Assembly: GCA_002104905.1 (NCBI GenBank)
Contig: MCFE01000174.1
Coordinates: 79,068 to 143,067 of the forward strand
Origin: Basidiobolus meristosporus CBS 931.73
Lineage: Eukaryota; Fungi; Basidiobolomycota
DNA: 64,000 nucleotides
Reading direction: 5' to 3'
Below the pieces are notes generated by a model, which was not told the origin of the DNA, searched no databases, and saw only the letters and a program-made list of their open reading frames with translations. Positions within the stretch are counted from its first letter, which is position 1. The number at the start of each line of letters is the position of its first letter. Made by a program: the position numbers and the translations under genes. This document shows, in pieces, positions 1 through 13,767 of this stretch.

Positions 1-3000
1 AGATCACAATATATACAAGTTACAATGCAAGATCATTGAACCTGAGTATGTCAACATTGCTGAAGCTGATGAAACTAACTGGGAGACATGGCATAGGAGG
101 CTAGGACACATAGGGGAACAGGAAATGAGCCAATTGGTGAAAAATCAGCTTGTTTTGGGCCTAAAATACTCAATTCTGATCAAATTGAATGTTTGAAAGG
201 GATGTTCTTATGGCAAACAAGCTAGGCAATGTTTCAAGAGCTCAGAAGGCATCAATACCACCAAAATATTGGCCATTGTACACTCTGACATATGTGGCCC
301 CATGAGAACACTGTCCTTTGGAGCCAAGAAATACTTTATGATGTTGATTGATTACAAGACAAGATGTACATGGGCGTACTTCCTCAAAACAAAGGATGAA
401 GCTTTAGAGACATTTAAGCACTTCAAGAACATGGCAGAAACACAAACTGGGTGTAAATTGAAGGTACTACAAAGTGACAATGGAGGAGAATACTGCTTAA
501 AGGAGTTTGTAAAATACTGCTTGTCTACTGGTATACTTCAACAGACCATAGTTCCTTGTATTCCACATCTAAATGGAGTAGCAGAGCGTGCAAATAGAAC
601 AATAGTAGAAATGGGAAGATCTATGCCACACGATAAGGGAATGGAATACAGGTTTTTGGCTGAATCTGCTGCTACCACTGTATATATCAAGAACAGATGC
701 CCGACAAAAGCACTATGTAACGTTACACCTTTTGAAGCATATACAGGCAAAAAACCAGATCTCCAGCACCTCAGGATCTTTGGCAGTGATGTTTTTATAA
801 CATCCCTGACAAAAAACGCTCAAACTTGGAACCAAAGAGTAAGAAAGGGATCTTTCTTGGGTATTGTGAAGACACTAAAGGGTATAGATGTTGCAATTTA
901 AGAAGTGATTTGGATGTAAGGAACTTATCAAGAAATAGTGATAATAGTTGAACTGTTGTTTATTCATAAAGAAGCTCAGTATTTATACCTCTGTAGAAGT
1001 AATACAGCTGCAACACTAAGTAGGGAGGGTTTCTCAATATTCAGGAGCATTCTGTAACAGTTTCAGGGTTAGTACATAATGTTTGGTAATAGTGCTAATT
1101 TGATCCTGACTATAGGGGAATAATCATAAGATCATATATCTGGAGAAAGTGGCAAAGTTAAGGCAGTAAATGAGTCCTACAGTGACTAAGACTAGCCTAG
1201 AATTGTTAAGTAAATTTTTAGCTGCTGAATGATACCAAATAGTCCAATATTTCAACAATAGAGTGTATGATGGCAAAATTCAGAAGCTGATCAAGAGCAG
1301 AGGCGTTGTATTTGAGGAGAATTCAGATCAGAAAGCTACAGATATCATTGGCAAGTTGCCTGATGATGCAATCAACACTAATGAAGAAGATATGTACCAA
1401 ATCCAGCCAGAGATGGAAGATACTTCTACCAGTTCCAGATCAGAACAGATTGTCCCAGTTAGGAGATCTACCAGAATAAGAAATGCCCCTGGATCCTGGT
1501 GGCAGACATCCAATGATCATGAAGAAGCTTATCTTGCCTTATGTGCCAAACCTCAGAATCTGGAACAGGCAATGTAAGGTCCAGATGCTACTAAGTGGCA
1601 ACAAGCCGTGGAGAAGAGGTACCAATCACTGATCAAGGCAAAAACGTGGGGTCTGGTAGATTTACCAAATGGGAGAAAGCCAATAGGATGTAGATGGATC
1701 TACAAGATCAAGATAACCTCAAATGGTGCCGTTGTTAAGTACAAGGCTAGATTGGTAGCTAAAGGCTATTCCCAGATCCAGGGACTAGATTTTAAGGAAA
1801 TATTTGCTCAAGTTGCCAAGTTTAACTCTATTAGGACAGTTCTAGCCCTGGCAGCTGCACACAGTCTAGATCTGCACCAAATGGACGTCAAAACAGCCTT
1901 CTTAAATGGGGATTTGCAAGAAACTATATATATGGAGCAACTAGTAGATTTTATTAATCCAAAAGGCCCCCATAAGGTGTGCAAACTTAGAAAATTGTTG
2001 TGTGGGCTTAAGCAGGCACCAAGAGCATGCTATAACAAGATTGACACCTATCTAGAGGACATTGGGTTCTCTTGTAGCACTGCAGATCACAGTATATATG
2101 TGAAACAGCTCAAAATGGGTGTGATCATCCTAATTCTTTATGTGCATAACCTAATTATAGCTACAAGTGTCCAAGAGGCACTTAAACAGACAAAATCAGA
2201 TCTCTTCAGCAAGTTTGAGATGAAGGATCTTGGAAAACTGAGCTCTTTTCTTGGAATTGGGGTCAAATTTGACGTACCTACGCAGAAAATTGTGCTGAAT
2301 CAGTCTAAGCAGATCAGGAACATTCTTAGACGCTTCAAAATGAAAAATTGCAAACCTGCAGCAACCCCTATGGACAATAACCTGAAATTGAGCAAATTTC
2401 AGCCAGTTATAGATTAAAACGGCTCAAATATGGACCAATACTTTTCCTATCAATAAATGGTTGGTAGCCAAGTGTACTTGATGGTGTCTACACGTCCAGA
2501 TATTGCCGTGGCAGTTGGAATAGTCAGTCAATTCATGCAGAATTACGGATCAGATCAAATTGCAGCATTTAAGCGGATTTTCAGATATCTACAAGGTACC
2601 ATAAATATGGTACTGGAATACTCTGGAGCAGCTAATAGGCAAAAATGTGATGGCTATAGTGATTCAGATTGGGGTAGGGATCTGATTGACAGACACTCTA
2701 CCACAGGCTATGTATTTCTTTATGCTGGTGCAGCTATTACTTGGAATTGCAAGAAACAAGCAACTGTGGCACTATCTACAACTGAAGCCAAATATATGGC
2801 TCCATGTCAAGCAACTAAGGAGGCTATATGGCTACAAAAATTGCTCAAAGACTTAGGCTTTAATTCAGGTGAACCAACTTATATTTACAAGGATAATCAA
2901 AGTTGTATTTCATTGGCTAGAAATCCTACTAATCATGTCAGAACTGAGCACATTGATATACAGCATCACTTTGTGAGGGAAGCAGTAGAAGATAACTCAG

Positions 3001-3493
3001 TGGAGTTAGTTTACTGCCCAACTGACAAAATGGTGGCAGACATATTGACAAAACCACTAGCTAGGCCACCGTTTGAGATCCTTAGACAGAAACTAGGATG
3101 AAGAAATTATTTAATTGAGGGGGAGTGTTGAAATATTGGACTATTTGGTATCATTCAGCAGCTAAAAATTTACTTAACAATTCTAGACTAGTCTTAGTCA
3201 CTGTAGGATTCATTTACTACCTTAACTTTGCCACTTTCTCCAGATATATGATCTTATGATTATTCCCCTATAGTCAGGATCAAATTAGCACTATTACCAA
3301 ACATTATGTACTAGCCCTGAACTATTACAGAATGCTCCTGAATATTGAGAAACCCTCCCTACTTAGTGTTGCAGCTGTATTACTTCTACAAATGTATAAA
3401 TACTGAGCCTCTTTGTAAATAAACAACAGTTTGACTATTTTCACTATTTCTTGATAAGTTCCTTATATACAAATTGCTTCTTAAATTGCAACA
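1..3493 (+). mobile_element. Ty1/copia retrotransposon, family A copy 1 (5' part outside the window): integrase, RT, RNase H, PPT, 3' LTR; decayed
   Basis: ORF 269-901 is an integrase core (VHSDICGP, LQSDNGGEY, NGVAERANRT). ORF 1608-2417 is copia RT (YKARLVAKGYSQ, QMDVKTAFLNG). ORF 2457-3101 is RNase H (YSDSDW, STTEAKY, HIDIQHHFVRE). PPT GAGGGGGAG at 3117-3125 precedes an LTR TGTTG...CAACA at 3126-3493. Confidence 0.95.
889..1257 (-). mobile_element. Solo LTR of copia family A, inverted, inside the integrase region of copy 1
   Basis: Reverse complement of the LTR at 3126-3493, with TG...CA ends and a perfect 5-bp TSD ATAGA (884-888 and 1258-1262). Removing it restores GGGTATAGAGTGTATGAT as seen near 4510 in copy 2. 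Confidence 0.95.
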
Positions 3494-6254
3494 GAACTCA
3501 GTCATAATGATCAAGCAGAGAAATTGAACACATAGCTGCATTCAGCTCAGAAAGGCACAAAGAAAAGAAAAGAAAGCAACAAAACCACAGAATACTTGGT
3601 TGCTGTAATCACCGTAAGAAGCCAGGACACTGTGTAAGAAAATGCAAGAAGAAATAGGCAGACAAAAACAGAAACTGGAGCTGGCAAACCATATACCTAC
3701 AGATGAACAGTTATTTGCAGCTCTACAAGAGAGAGCAAGTAACCAAAGTAATGAATGATATTTTGACTTGGGAGCATCACAGCATATTTGTAGTATAAAG
3801 GAATGGCTCAGCAACTTGAAGACTATTCCCATTAGCTAGGTTTATCTGGGAGACAACTATGCACTGGAAGATACCACCAGTGGGTCTATACTTCCAAATG
3901 TGAGTGATATCTCAGGGGCTTTCAGCAGCAAAACTGACTGAAGTACACTACATCCCTGGAGTAGCTAAGAACCTACTCTCAGTCAGTAAAGCAACTGCTG
4001 AGGGACTGAAACTTATTTTTACTAAGCTGAACTACTCAATATTGGGTAAAAATGGGCAAAAATTAGCTTTGGGAATCAGAGATCACAATTATTACAAGTT
4101 ACAGTGCAATATCATTGTACCTGAGTATTCCAATATTGCTAAAAATGATGAGACCAACTGAGAGACATTACAAAGGAGGCTTGAACATACTCCACATCAA
4201 AATGGAGTAGCAGAACAAGCAAATTTATCAATAGTAGAGATGGGAAGAACTCTGCTTTATGACAAGGCAATGGACTAAAAGTTTTGGGCTGAATCTGTGA
4301 CTACCATGATAAACATCAAGAATAGATGCCTAACAACTACACTGTGTGATTCTACAATCTTTGAAGCATATACAGGCAAAAAACCAGACCTCCAGCCCCT
4401 GAGGATACTTGGCAGTGATGTCTTTTATTACATCCATGACAAATAACTCTCAAAGCTGAAACCAAAGAGTAGAAAAGGGATCTTGCTTGGGTATTGTGTT
4501 GATACTAGTGGGTATAGAGTGTATGATGACAAAATTGAGAAGCTGATCAAGAGCATGGATGTTGTATTTGATGAGAATTCAGATTAGAAAGCCACAGAAA
4601 TCATTGGCCAGTTGCATGATGATGAACTCAACACTAGTGAAGAAGACATGTGCCAAATTCAGCCAGAAATGGAACAAAATTCTACCAGTTCCAGATCAGA
4701 GCAGATTATTCCTAAGTCTACCAGATTAAGAAATGCCCTTGGATCCTGGTGGCAGACATCCAATGATCATGAAGAAGCTTATCTTGCCTGATGTGCCAAA
4801 TCTCAGATTCTGGAACAGGCAATGCAAAGTCCAGATGCTTCTATGTGGCAATAAGCCATGCAGGAGGAGTCCCATCACTGATCAAAGCAAAAATGTGTGC
4901 ACTGGTAGACTTATCAAATGGGAGAAAGCCAATAGGAAGTGGATGGGTCTACAAGATCAAGATAACTTCCAATGTTATTGCTGATAAGTACAAAGGTAGA
5001 TTGGTGGCTGAAGGCTTTTCCGCAATCCAGTGAATGTTGACATACATATGCAGCAAATTATGCCAAGTCAGTCTAAGTACATCAGGGACATTTTAGAAAC
5101 TTTAAATCAAAATTGCAAGCCTGCAGCTACCTCAATGGACAATTATCTAAAATTGGGCAAATCCTAAGTTTTAGGTGAAAACTGCTCAAATATGGACCAA
5201 AACTCTCCCTTTCAGTCAATGGTTGGGAGCCTGATGTACTTGATAGTGTCTGCATATCCTGATATTGCCGTGGCAGTTGGAATAGTCAGGCAATTCATGC
5301 AGAATAATGGATCAGATCAAAATACAGCAGTTTAGCAGATTTTTAGATGTCAGAGTGGTACCATAAATATGGCACTAGAATACTCTGGAGCAGATAATGG
5401 GTAGAAATTTGATGGTTATAGTGATTCAGATCAGGGTAGAGATCTGATTGCTAGATGCTCTACCATTGAGTATGTATTTCTTTATGCTGGTGCAGCTATT
5501 ACTAGGAATTGCAACAAACTGGCAACTGTGGCCCATTCAATAACTGAAGCTGAATATATGGCTGCTTGCCAAGCAACTAAGTAGGCTATAGGGCTATGGA
5601 AATTATTCAATGACTTAGGCTTTAATTCTGATGGACTAACATGTATTTACAAAGATAATCAATGATGTATTTCATTAGCTATGAATCCTACTAATCATGC
5701 CAGAACCAAGTATATAGTTATAGAACACCATCTTGTGAGGGAAGCTGCAGAAAATAACTTAGTAGAGTTGGTATACTGTTCTTATCACAAAATAGTGGCA
5801 GATATATTGACAAACCCACTAGCTAGATCACAATTTGAGAATCTTGTGGAGGAATAGGATTAAGAAATTGTTTAGTTGAGGGGGAGTGCTGCAGTATTGG
5901 ACTATTTGGTATCATTCAGAAGCTAAAAACTTACTTAGCAATTCTAGACTAGTCTTGTTCACTGTAGGACATATTTGCAGCCCCAGCTTTGCCAGTTTCT
6001 TCATATCTATGATCCTATGATTATTCCCCTAAAATGAAGTTCAAATTATCACTTTACCAAACCTTATATTCTAACCCTGAAACTGTTACAGAATGCTCCT
6101 GAATATTGAGAAACCCTCCCTACTTAGTGTTGCAGCTGCATTACTTCTACAAAGGTATAAATACTGAGCTTCTTTATGAATAAACAACAGTTCAACTATT
6201 ATCACTATTTCTTGAAAAGTTCCTTATATCCAAATCACTTCTTAAATTGCAACA
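3494..6254 (+). mobile_element. Ty1/copia family A copy 2: starts mid-gag, RT internally deleted, many stops; 3' LTR at 5887-6254
   Basis: Gag C-terminal, protease and integrase remnants (HYIPGVAKNLLSVSKAT). 4190-5030 and 5060-5860 are homologous to copy 1. PPT GAGGGGGAG is followed by LTR TGCTG...CAACA. Confidence 0.9.
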
Positions 6255-6390
6255 CTAACTTAGTGTTAGAGCTGTAATGCTTCTACAAAGGTATAAATAC
6301 TGATCCTCTCTATTAATAAACCACGGTTCAACTGTTATCACTTTATCTTGATAAGTTCCTTATATCCAAGTCACTTCTTAAGTTGCAACA
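6255..6390 (+). repeat. Tandem extra copy of the 3' ~135 bp of the family A LTR
   Basis: CTAACTTAGTGTTAGAGCTGTAATGCTTCTACAAAGGTATAAATAC...TTGCAACA repeats the 3' end of the adjacent LTR (about 6118-6254). Confidence 0.85.
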
Positions 6391-7800
6391 AACACATCAT
6401 TCAGGAACAGATATGAGCATTACAAGTACTTAGTCATGAATTTTAGTTTTACCAATGCCCCTGCAGCATTCATGACCGTCATGCAAACAGTCTTTGATGA
6501 GTACTTTGACAAGCTTGCAGTAATATACCTAGACAATATATTCATATACAGCAAGACAGAAGAGGGATGCTTGGTGCATATTGAAAAGGTCTTGAAGAAG
6601 CAAAGAGACAACAAGCTTTATGGCAAGCTAGTAAAGTGTGAATACCTGTAAGAGCATGTTTAACATCTGGGACACACAGTGATTAGCACAGAAGTTACCT
6701 TGGACCCAAGAAAGCTGAGGTTGTTGAGAATTTGAAGCAGCTCTATAGGATATCAGGTCCCAGATCATTCCTTTGAATGGTCTCCTATTATTGGAGATTT
6801 ATCAAGTCCTTTGCAAGTATTGCAGCCCCTTTAACTAATATTCACAAGAAAGTCAACACCTTAAGGTGGTCCATAGCCTGGGAGACTGCCTTATAGATGC
6901 TCAAGCATGAACTTGCTAAGCTGCCAGGCTTAAAAATCCCAGACTTTACAAAAGAGTTTACTCTGTGCACAATGGATATGGACATCTTGAAATTGAAGGA
7001 ATTAATAACCTTGTCAAAGTCACAGCATGGTGACCCAGAATCCAACAACATATTGAGAAGCTAGTAAAACATGCACAAGCTGCCAAATTAGACAAGGTTA
7101 TGAACTTGAAGAAGGCTCAGAACTCACCTTCTATATGACAAAAGAATTCTTATGCTAAATGAACTCAAACTCAGGAAAACTATTGTAGTTGAATATAGTA
7201 CCTGCCAAGATCATTATTAACTCAGGAGCATCGTACAAGTACATGGCAGAGCACCTTGTCCTGAAAGCTGGAATTAACTTGGAGCCTACAAAACAAATTT
7301 CAATCAAGAGCCAGAGTATGGTGGCCCTGAATGTAACAAGATATTGAGAAGTTAGTGAAAACACACCTAAATTGCCAAATTAACTAAGGCCTACTTCAGA
7401 GAATTGCTGAGCTCCTTCCCTTGGAGCTGCTGAGACCATGGAATAACTTTTTTGGATGACTGCCAACCACCAGAAAATACAGCTGTTGTATTCCAGTAGC
7501 AGTTGACCATGCCACCAATGGCCAGTGGCTAAAGCTATATATGTAGCTGGTGTGTAAGAAGTTCCAAGTTTTATCTACCAAGAGATCCTTATGAAGTGGG
7601 GATGCCCTGTGGAGATTTTATATGATGGAGGAGCAAACTGTGTGACAAAGAAATTGAAAGCTTACATGGAAATGTAGCAGGTCAGACACTTCCAAACCTT
7701 GGTATATCATCCTAGAATCAATGCAGTCACAAAGCAATTTAATGGATTAATGGGAATAATGCTGACTAAGTATGCAAATGGAGTTGTCAGCAGATGGGAA
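6391..7800 (+). mobile_element. Decayed Ty3/gypsy pol fragments (RT/RNase H, then integrase)
   Basis: 6436-6651 encodes FTNAPAAFM...YLDNIFIYSK and is homologous to 9070-9660. About 7400-7780 encodes integrase-like remnants (AVDHATN, EILMKWGCPVEILYDGGANC, YHPRINAVTKQFNG). Confidence 0.8.
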
Positions 7801-8340
7801 AGTACCCGCATTTCACACCTAGCTTATGCTTCTGCCATGTTTTTGAAGTGTTTAAACATCTCTAAAGCCTTATCCATTACTTTAAGGAAGTACTCCCTTG
7901 TAAATCTTGTCTTGTGATCCACAAACTTTTTAAAGTACTTCTTAGCTCCAAATGACAGTGTTCTCATGGCCTCACATATGTCTGAGTGTACAACAGTCAA
8001 TATATTGGTGGTGTTGATGCCTTCTAAGCCCCTGAAATGTTGCCTAGCTTGTTTGCCATATGAACATTCCAAATAGACACTCAGGTTGATTGGAATTGAG
8101 TAATTTAGCCCTAAGACAAGCTGGTTCTTCACCAACTGGCTCATTTTATGTTCCTCAATGTGCCCTAGCCTCCTATGTCTTTTCTTGCAGTTGGTTTCAT
8201 CAGTTTGAGCAATGTGGGCATACCCAGGTACAATGATCTTGCACTGTAACTTGTAAATACTGTGATCTCTGATTCCCAAAGCTAATATTTATCTGTTTTC
8301 ACACAATATTGAGCAGCTCAACTTGGTAAAGCCAAATTTC
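7800..8340 (-). mobile_element. Copia family A fragment (GAG-pre-integrase and integrase N-terminus), inverted
   Basis: ORF 7824-8279 (HRRLGHIEEH...VVHSDICEAMRTLSFGAKKYF) is homologous to 1-430. Confidence 0.85.
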
Positions 8341-8344
8341 CATC

Positions 8345-9740
8345 CCTGAGCAGGCATATATATTTGAGAACTGCAAGTTTGACCTTGTACTCGGGATAGC
8401 CTGGCTATTTTACCCTTATACATCATTCAACTGGAGAACCAATGCTACTCAGATCCAGAAGGACAAGAAGACCTATAAGCTATTACCTGCCAGACTGGAT
8501 TTTAATTAGGTCAATTCCAGTGTGTGTGAAGCAAGTGAACTTAGCAAGGTACAGTTCTGTAGAGTACTAAGAAAACACACCAGATGTTTCTCATGGCAGT
8601 AATAAAAGAGGATTCCTCTACTTCAGTACCCCAGAAGGTCCTGACTCTTTTGAAGGAAAATTCAGACGTATTTCCAGATGAGCTTGTAAGCCTACCACCA
8701 GTCAGAGATGTGAATTATGCCATTGACACAGGAGATAGCCCTCCAGTAAGTAAGACACCTTACAGAATGAGTCCACTGAAGTTGAAAGAGAAGAAGAGAC
8801 AAATAGATCAGTTACTGGAGCAAGGACATATCAGAACCAGCAAGTCACCTTGGGGAGCACCAGTACTTTTTGTGAAGAAGAAGGATTGAGCACTTAGGAT
8901 GTGCATTGACTACAGGGCCCTCAACTCAATTACTGTGAAGAGTAAGCACCCCATACCTTGGATTGCTGAGCTTTTGGACCAACTCAATGGAGCCCCTATT
9001 TTCAGCAAGATTGACCTCATATTAGGATACAACCAGATTAGGGTAAAGCCAGAAGAAATCCCTAAGACAGCATTTAGGACCAGATATGGACATTTCATGT
9101 ACTTAGTCATGAGTTTGGCCTCACCAATGCTCCTGCCACACTCATGACTCAGATGCAGACTGTCTTCCACAAGTACTTAGACAAATTTGTGATATATACC
9201 TAGATGACATATTGATATACAGCAAGACAGAAGAGGATTATATGGTGCACATTGAAAAGGTCTTAAAGAGGCTCATAGAGAACAAATTTTATAGGAAGCT
9301 AGCCAAGTGTGAATTCTTTAAGGAGCACGTTGAATATCTGGGACATATAGAGACTAGCTCAGGAGTAACCTCAGACCCTAAGAAGGTTGTCGTCATCAAG
9401 AATTTGAAGCAGCCCCATTGCATATCAGAGCTCAGATCATTCCTTGGAATGGCTTCCTATTATAGGAGATTTGTCAAGTCCTTTGCAAGTATTGCATCCC
9501 CTTTGACTGATATCCTCAAGAAAGACAATACCTACAAGTGGGACATAGCTTGTGAGACTGCCTTCCAGATGCTCAAGAATGAACTTGCTAAGTTACCAAG
9601 CTTACAAATACATGACTTCAGAAAAGAGTGTACTCTGTGTACAGATGCTTGCAATAATACACTGTTTGATGACATGGAGATGCTATATTGAAGGAGTCTA
9701 ATTCACTGTGAAGACTGATCATGCCTTGTTCAGCTATATA
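8345..9740 (+). mobile_element. Ty3/gypsy pol remnant (protease end, RT, RNase H)
   Basis: Motifs [72 protein letters not shown] and FTVKTDH are present, with stops and frameshifts. Confidence 0.92.
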
Positions 9741-10319
9741 TTAGACTTGTTCTATTGTACTGTGCCAGGGTACGTGGCGCAATCCACGGTTGTAAAGAAC
9801 AATTGGGCGCAATATTATAGCTACCAGAAGGCAGGATTGTTCTTGGACAATTTTGCACTATGCCGGACAATCTTGCACACTATGGCACAATTGGACACAA
9901 TGAGGTTGGCACGGATGATTGCGCCAACTTGTAATATTTGCATCACATGCGCAATTGGATACCACTATTATGGCAGGTAAAATCCGGTATTTGGATATGT
10001 TTCTTTGATGTAAATGGAAATAAATGTATATCACACCATAAAATACACTGATACTTACCATTTTGGTTACCCTCACTCCAATTGGACGGTATCCCAGTGG
10101 TTAATTGGTCCAAAAGTATCCTGAAGCTGGCAGCCCCCAATTGGCTCATTGACTACTAAAAAAGCTACCTGATTTGCCATCAAATATCCCATTTTGCCCA
10201 TTGAGCAAGTAAATCCCTGATCTTAGTGATTGGACAAGGTGTCATAGCTAGCACCCAAGCAATTGTGTAGGTGCAAAGCAGATCCAATAGCTGCACTGGT
10301 ATTACAGATGACATATATA

Positions 10320-10700
10320 TATATCAGAATGCTGAGGTGAGCCTAAAGGCGTCACAAACTCACCTGACTCAGTTTGCACAAGGTGACAAAGACGGCCAGG
10401 TGCCAATATAGAAGTATCAACTGGCCTGCAAGATAATGTTGGTACAGTAGTGACCAATGAATGGTCAAATATGACTTGGGTGGCAAATACTGGCCGTGAT
10501 CCTTGTAATACTTCCTATGCTGTCTATGTGCTTCATGGCTGAGAGGCTTGCCACAGTAGCCACATGGTCTTTTTTCTCTTCTCTTATGGCGTTGAGTCAA
10601 AGTAGTCTTGTTCATGGGGCAAACAGTTTCACCTTCAACAATGTAACGCTATTATATCACTTTTTGGCTGATACTCACATGAACTTACAACAGTCTTGTA
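10320..10700 (-). repeat. Dispersed repeat encoding a CxxC...HxxH zinc-finger-like peptide (other copies at ~14450-14780 on + and ~23575-23780 on -); possibly DNA-transposon derived
   Basis: ORF 10352-10615 reads RPCGYCGKPLSHEAHRQHRKYYKDH. The nucleotide homology to the two other loci is visible directly. Confidence 0.6.
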
Positions 10701-10937
10701 TTTGAAACATTGCACCTACATGAATGTAAGATTCAATGATGACCTGCCATACCAAGTGTTATAAATAAAGTTGTGGCACCACATACACACGTACATGTAA
10801 CAATATTTCCCCTTTGGTTAGACTCACTTCCATATATATGCCGCCAAAAAATAAAGCAAAGTTGTCTGGCTCTCAACCAAACCCCACCGCTGATGGCCAC
10901 AGAAGAATGGTTGCACAACAGCTTGCTTTGACATTCA

Positions 10938-12907
10938 GTGCAACAAGTGGGGCTACATCCAAAAAAAGGCCCTGTGGACAGTGTGCCCATTGAAGGTAAT
11001 AATGCGGACTCCTCAGGCTCTCAGTCAAGTAGGCAATTGAGAACCTCTGCAGAGCCACAAGCTGACTGTTATGCTCAGGCAGATGAGGATGTAGCAAACG
11101 CAGTACCCTCTGTTGAAGATCAGCAAGTGGCCATGGTAACATCACTGCCACCCATATTAGCAAGTATGTTGTCAGCTCATACCAAAGCATTAATGAAGCA
11201 ATTAGGTGCAGTGGCTGATAGGATAGATGCATAGGCCCAGAGAAATCAGGAAGTAGTCCAGAAACAGAATGAGCAGATAATACATGTAGAGCAATCAGTA
11301 TCCCAGGTAGAGAAAGCAGTATCTTTGCTGCAAAGAAAGAGTTCAAGTAGCTCAATGTCACAGCCAAGAATTGAGCCATTTCCTGATGTAACAGCAGAGG
11401 AACACCATACAGTCTCTGAAGCACTACAACAGTGCCTAAAGATAAAGCCCACAGAAAAACCTATCACAGCATGGGAGGGAGACAATGTGGTGTTTATACC
11501 AAAGCCTCAAAGTCAACAGACATTGAAGATCCATAAAGCTGTTGAGTGAAATAATGAAGAGTGGGCCAATATACAAGAGGCTGTCAGAAGTCTAGCACGC
11601 CATCACCTTAAGGCTGGCATACCATGGGACCATCAGGAACTCAAGGCCAAGCAGAATGCACTTGACTTGTTCCATGAGCTTTATCTGGGACTCAAATGGG
11701 CAAACTGATTTTGGGTCAGCATTGGTATGCTAAGAAAGTATCTTAAGAATAGCAGAAACTATCAAAGGCAGAAGAACAAGGGTGCCATGGCTAAAAACCA
11801 GCAGCTTTCTCAAGAGCCTGTTACAAGCAGGGCCAAAAGCTCCAGAGAAGTGTCAAAGAGACATCAGGCAGCAGGAAGAGTGCCAATTAAGGACAAGCAG
11901 GCAGACATGGATGCACCAGCGCAACATTTATCAAGGAAAAGCGTAGTACCACTCAAGAAGCACCCAGTCAAAGTAGCAGTGAAGGACCTGGCAGTGATAA
12001 AAACCAGCTGCTTTTACAGGAGCCTGTCACAACTACGGTTGAGAGCTCAAGACAAGCTAAAAAGAAACAACAGGTTGCCAGAAGAGTGCCAGCAAGGGAC
12101 AAGTAGGCCAATGCAAATGTGTCAGAGCAGATTTTATCCAGGCAAAAATGTAGTTCTTTACAAGAAGCACTCAGACAAAGTAGCAGTGAAAGACCTGGAA
12201 GTGATAAAGGAAAAGGTAAAAGGATAAATGTCTACTCAAGCCTGAGACAGGGAGGCATGCAAAAAAAGCTGCAGTTCTTGCCAATAAGCACTGGAAGCCA
12301 GGAACAGACTGAATCCCATCAAAGCCAAGAAGAATTACCGACAAGAAAATTGCTGTTTTCACAAGAGTTGGAAGCATAGCCAGTTGAGCTACACTCCAGC
12401 AAGGTAGATGAGTTTGCTGAAAAAGGCAATTCATCTACCACAGCCTCCACTGCCTCCATTGTTGACAAAGTGGAGATCCCACTGACAGACAAGGCTACAA
12501 TGTCAAGAGCTCAAAAGACTATCACAATGCCTTCAGTGGAGTTTTGGAACATTAATAGGCACACCAAGAGGTTGCAGCACTTCTTCAAGAGCAGTGCTCA
12601 AGAAAATGCACTGGAATATTGCAAGGATTTATTGCAAAGACTGGCAGATGAGGAGCTAGACCTTGCAGTGCTGGCTGAAGACCAGGATGTGTGGGAACCA
12701 GTGAATCAACAGTGGCATAAAGCCATTGGGTTCCCGCCAAAGTTACGGAACCAGAGTGTTACAGCAGAAATACTTACTGAGTGGTGGATTTTAATGGAGT
12801 TACTTGTAGAGTGTAGGGTTGGGCTTAATGTTAGTGTAGGGTATAGAGACTTGTATAGGTCAATACAATTGGCAATTGAGGTACAACTGAAGTTTCAACA
12901 GAAATAA
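10938..12907 (+). pseudogene. Decayed long ORF, probably a transposon accessory protein
   Basis: Collinear ORF pieces are broken by single stops and frameshifts. They include a coiled-coil-like segment and the motif IPWDHQELKAKQNALDLFHELYLGLKWAN...MLRKYLKNSRNYQRQK. The TE assignment is inference. Confidence 0.4.
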
Positions 12908-13660
12908 ATCAATTTGTATGCATGAAAAGTAAGAGAAACGGTTGAGTCAGGAAGTAAGGGGTGTGAAAAAGAGGCAATAGCCAATCAATTCACACAAATG
13001 TATGAGGCAATAGAGTGTCTGGGATCAGAAAGTGAGCAAATTGGCAGGGAACCAATCAAAAGCCACTTATACATTGTTGTGATGAAAAATTTTGAAGAAG
13101 TTTTTTGTGAAATCTGAGGTACAATTATTTTTCAACAGTCTCTGGACGGTGTCCTGACATGATCAGTACCTCTCAGTCACAGGACATTAACTTTGCGATG
13201 GCCTTTTGACAGGATCATCTCAATAATTTCTCATAGGGAGCTGTTTTCTGAAGAGTTGGAAGCACAGCCAGATGAGCTACACTCTGGTGAGGTAGAAGAG
13301 TTTGCAGAGAAAATCAATTTGTCTACCACTGCCTCCACATCTTCCGTTGTAGAAAATGTGGAGATCCCACTGACAGAAAAAGCAACAATATCAAGAGCAC
13401 AAAATAATATCACAATGCATTTGGAGGAATATTAGAACATTGATAGGCACACCAGGAGGTTGCAAGCCTTCTTCAAGAGCAGTGCTTAGGAAAATTCATC
13501 CAAATTTTGCAAGTGCCAGCTGAAGACCAGGATGTATGGGAACTGGTGAATGAACAGTGGCATAAAGCTGCACAGTTCCCACCAAAGTTGTTGAAAATGG
13601 GCAATACATCAGAAATACTTATTGAATGGTGTATCTTTAATTTGTGACAGCTTTGTGAGG
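12350..13660 (+). repeat. Diverged direct duplication (~450 bp) at ~12350-12800 and ~13240-13660
   Basis: Both copies encode VEIPLT(D/E)KAT(M/I)SRAQ...RHT(K/R)RLQ.FFKSSA...AEDQDVWE. Confidence 0.8.
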
Positions 13661-13767
13661 GGATCAACACAATTGTTTCTCATAGGGCCCTAGTACAGTT
13701 ATATCTCAGCATGAGGTCATTCTTGCCAAATTAGGTGACCCATGAAGTTTCTTTTGGAGGACCTAAC

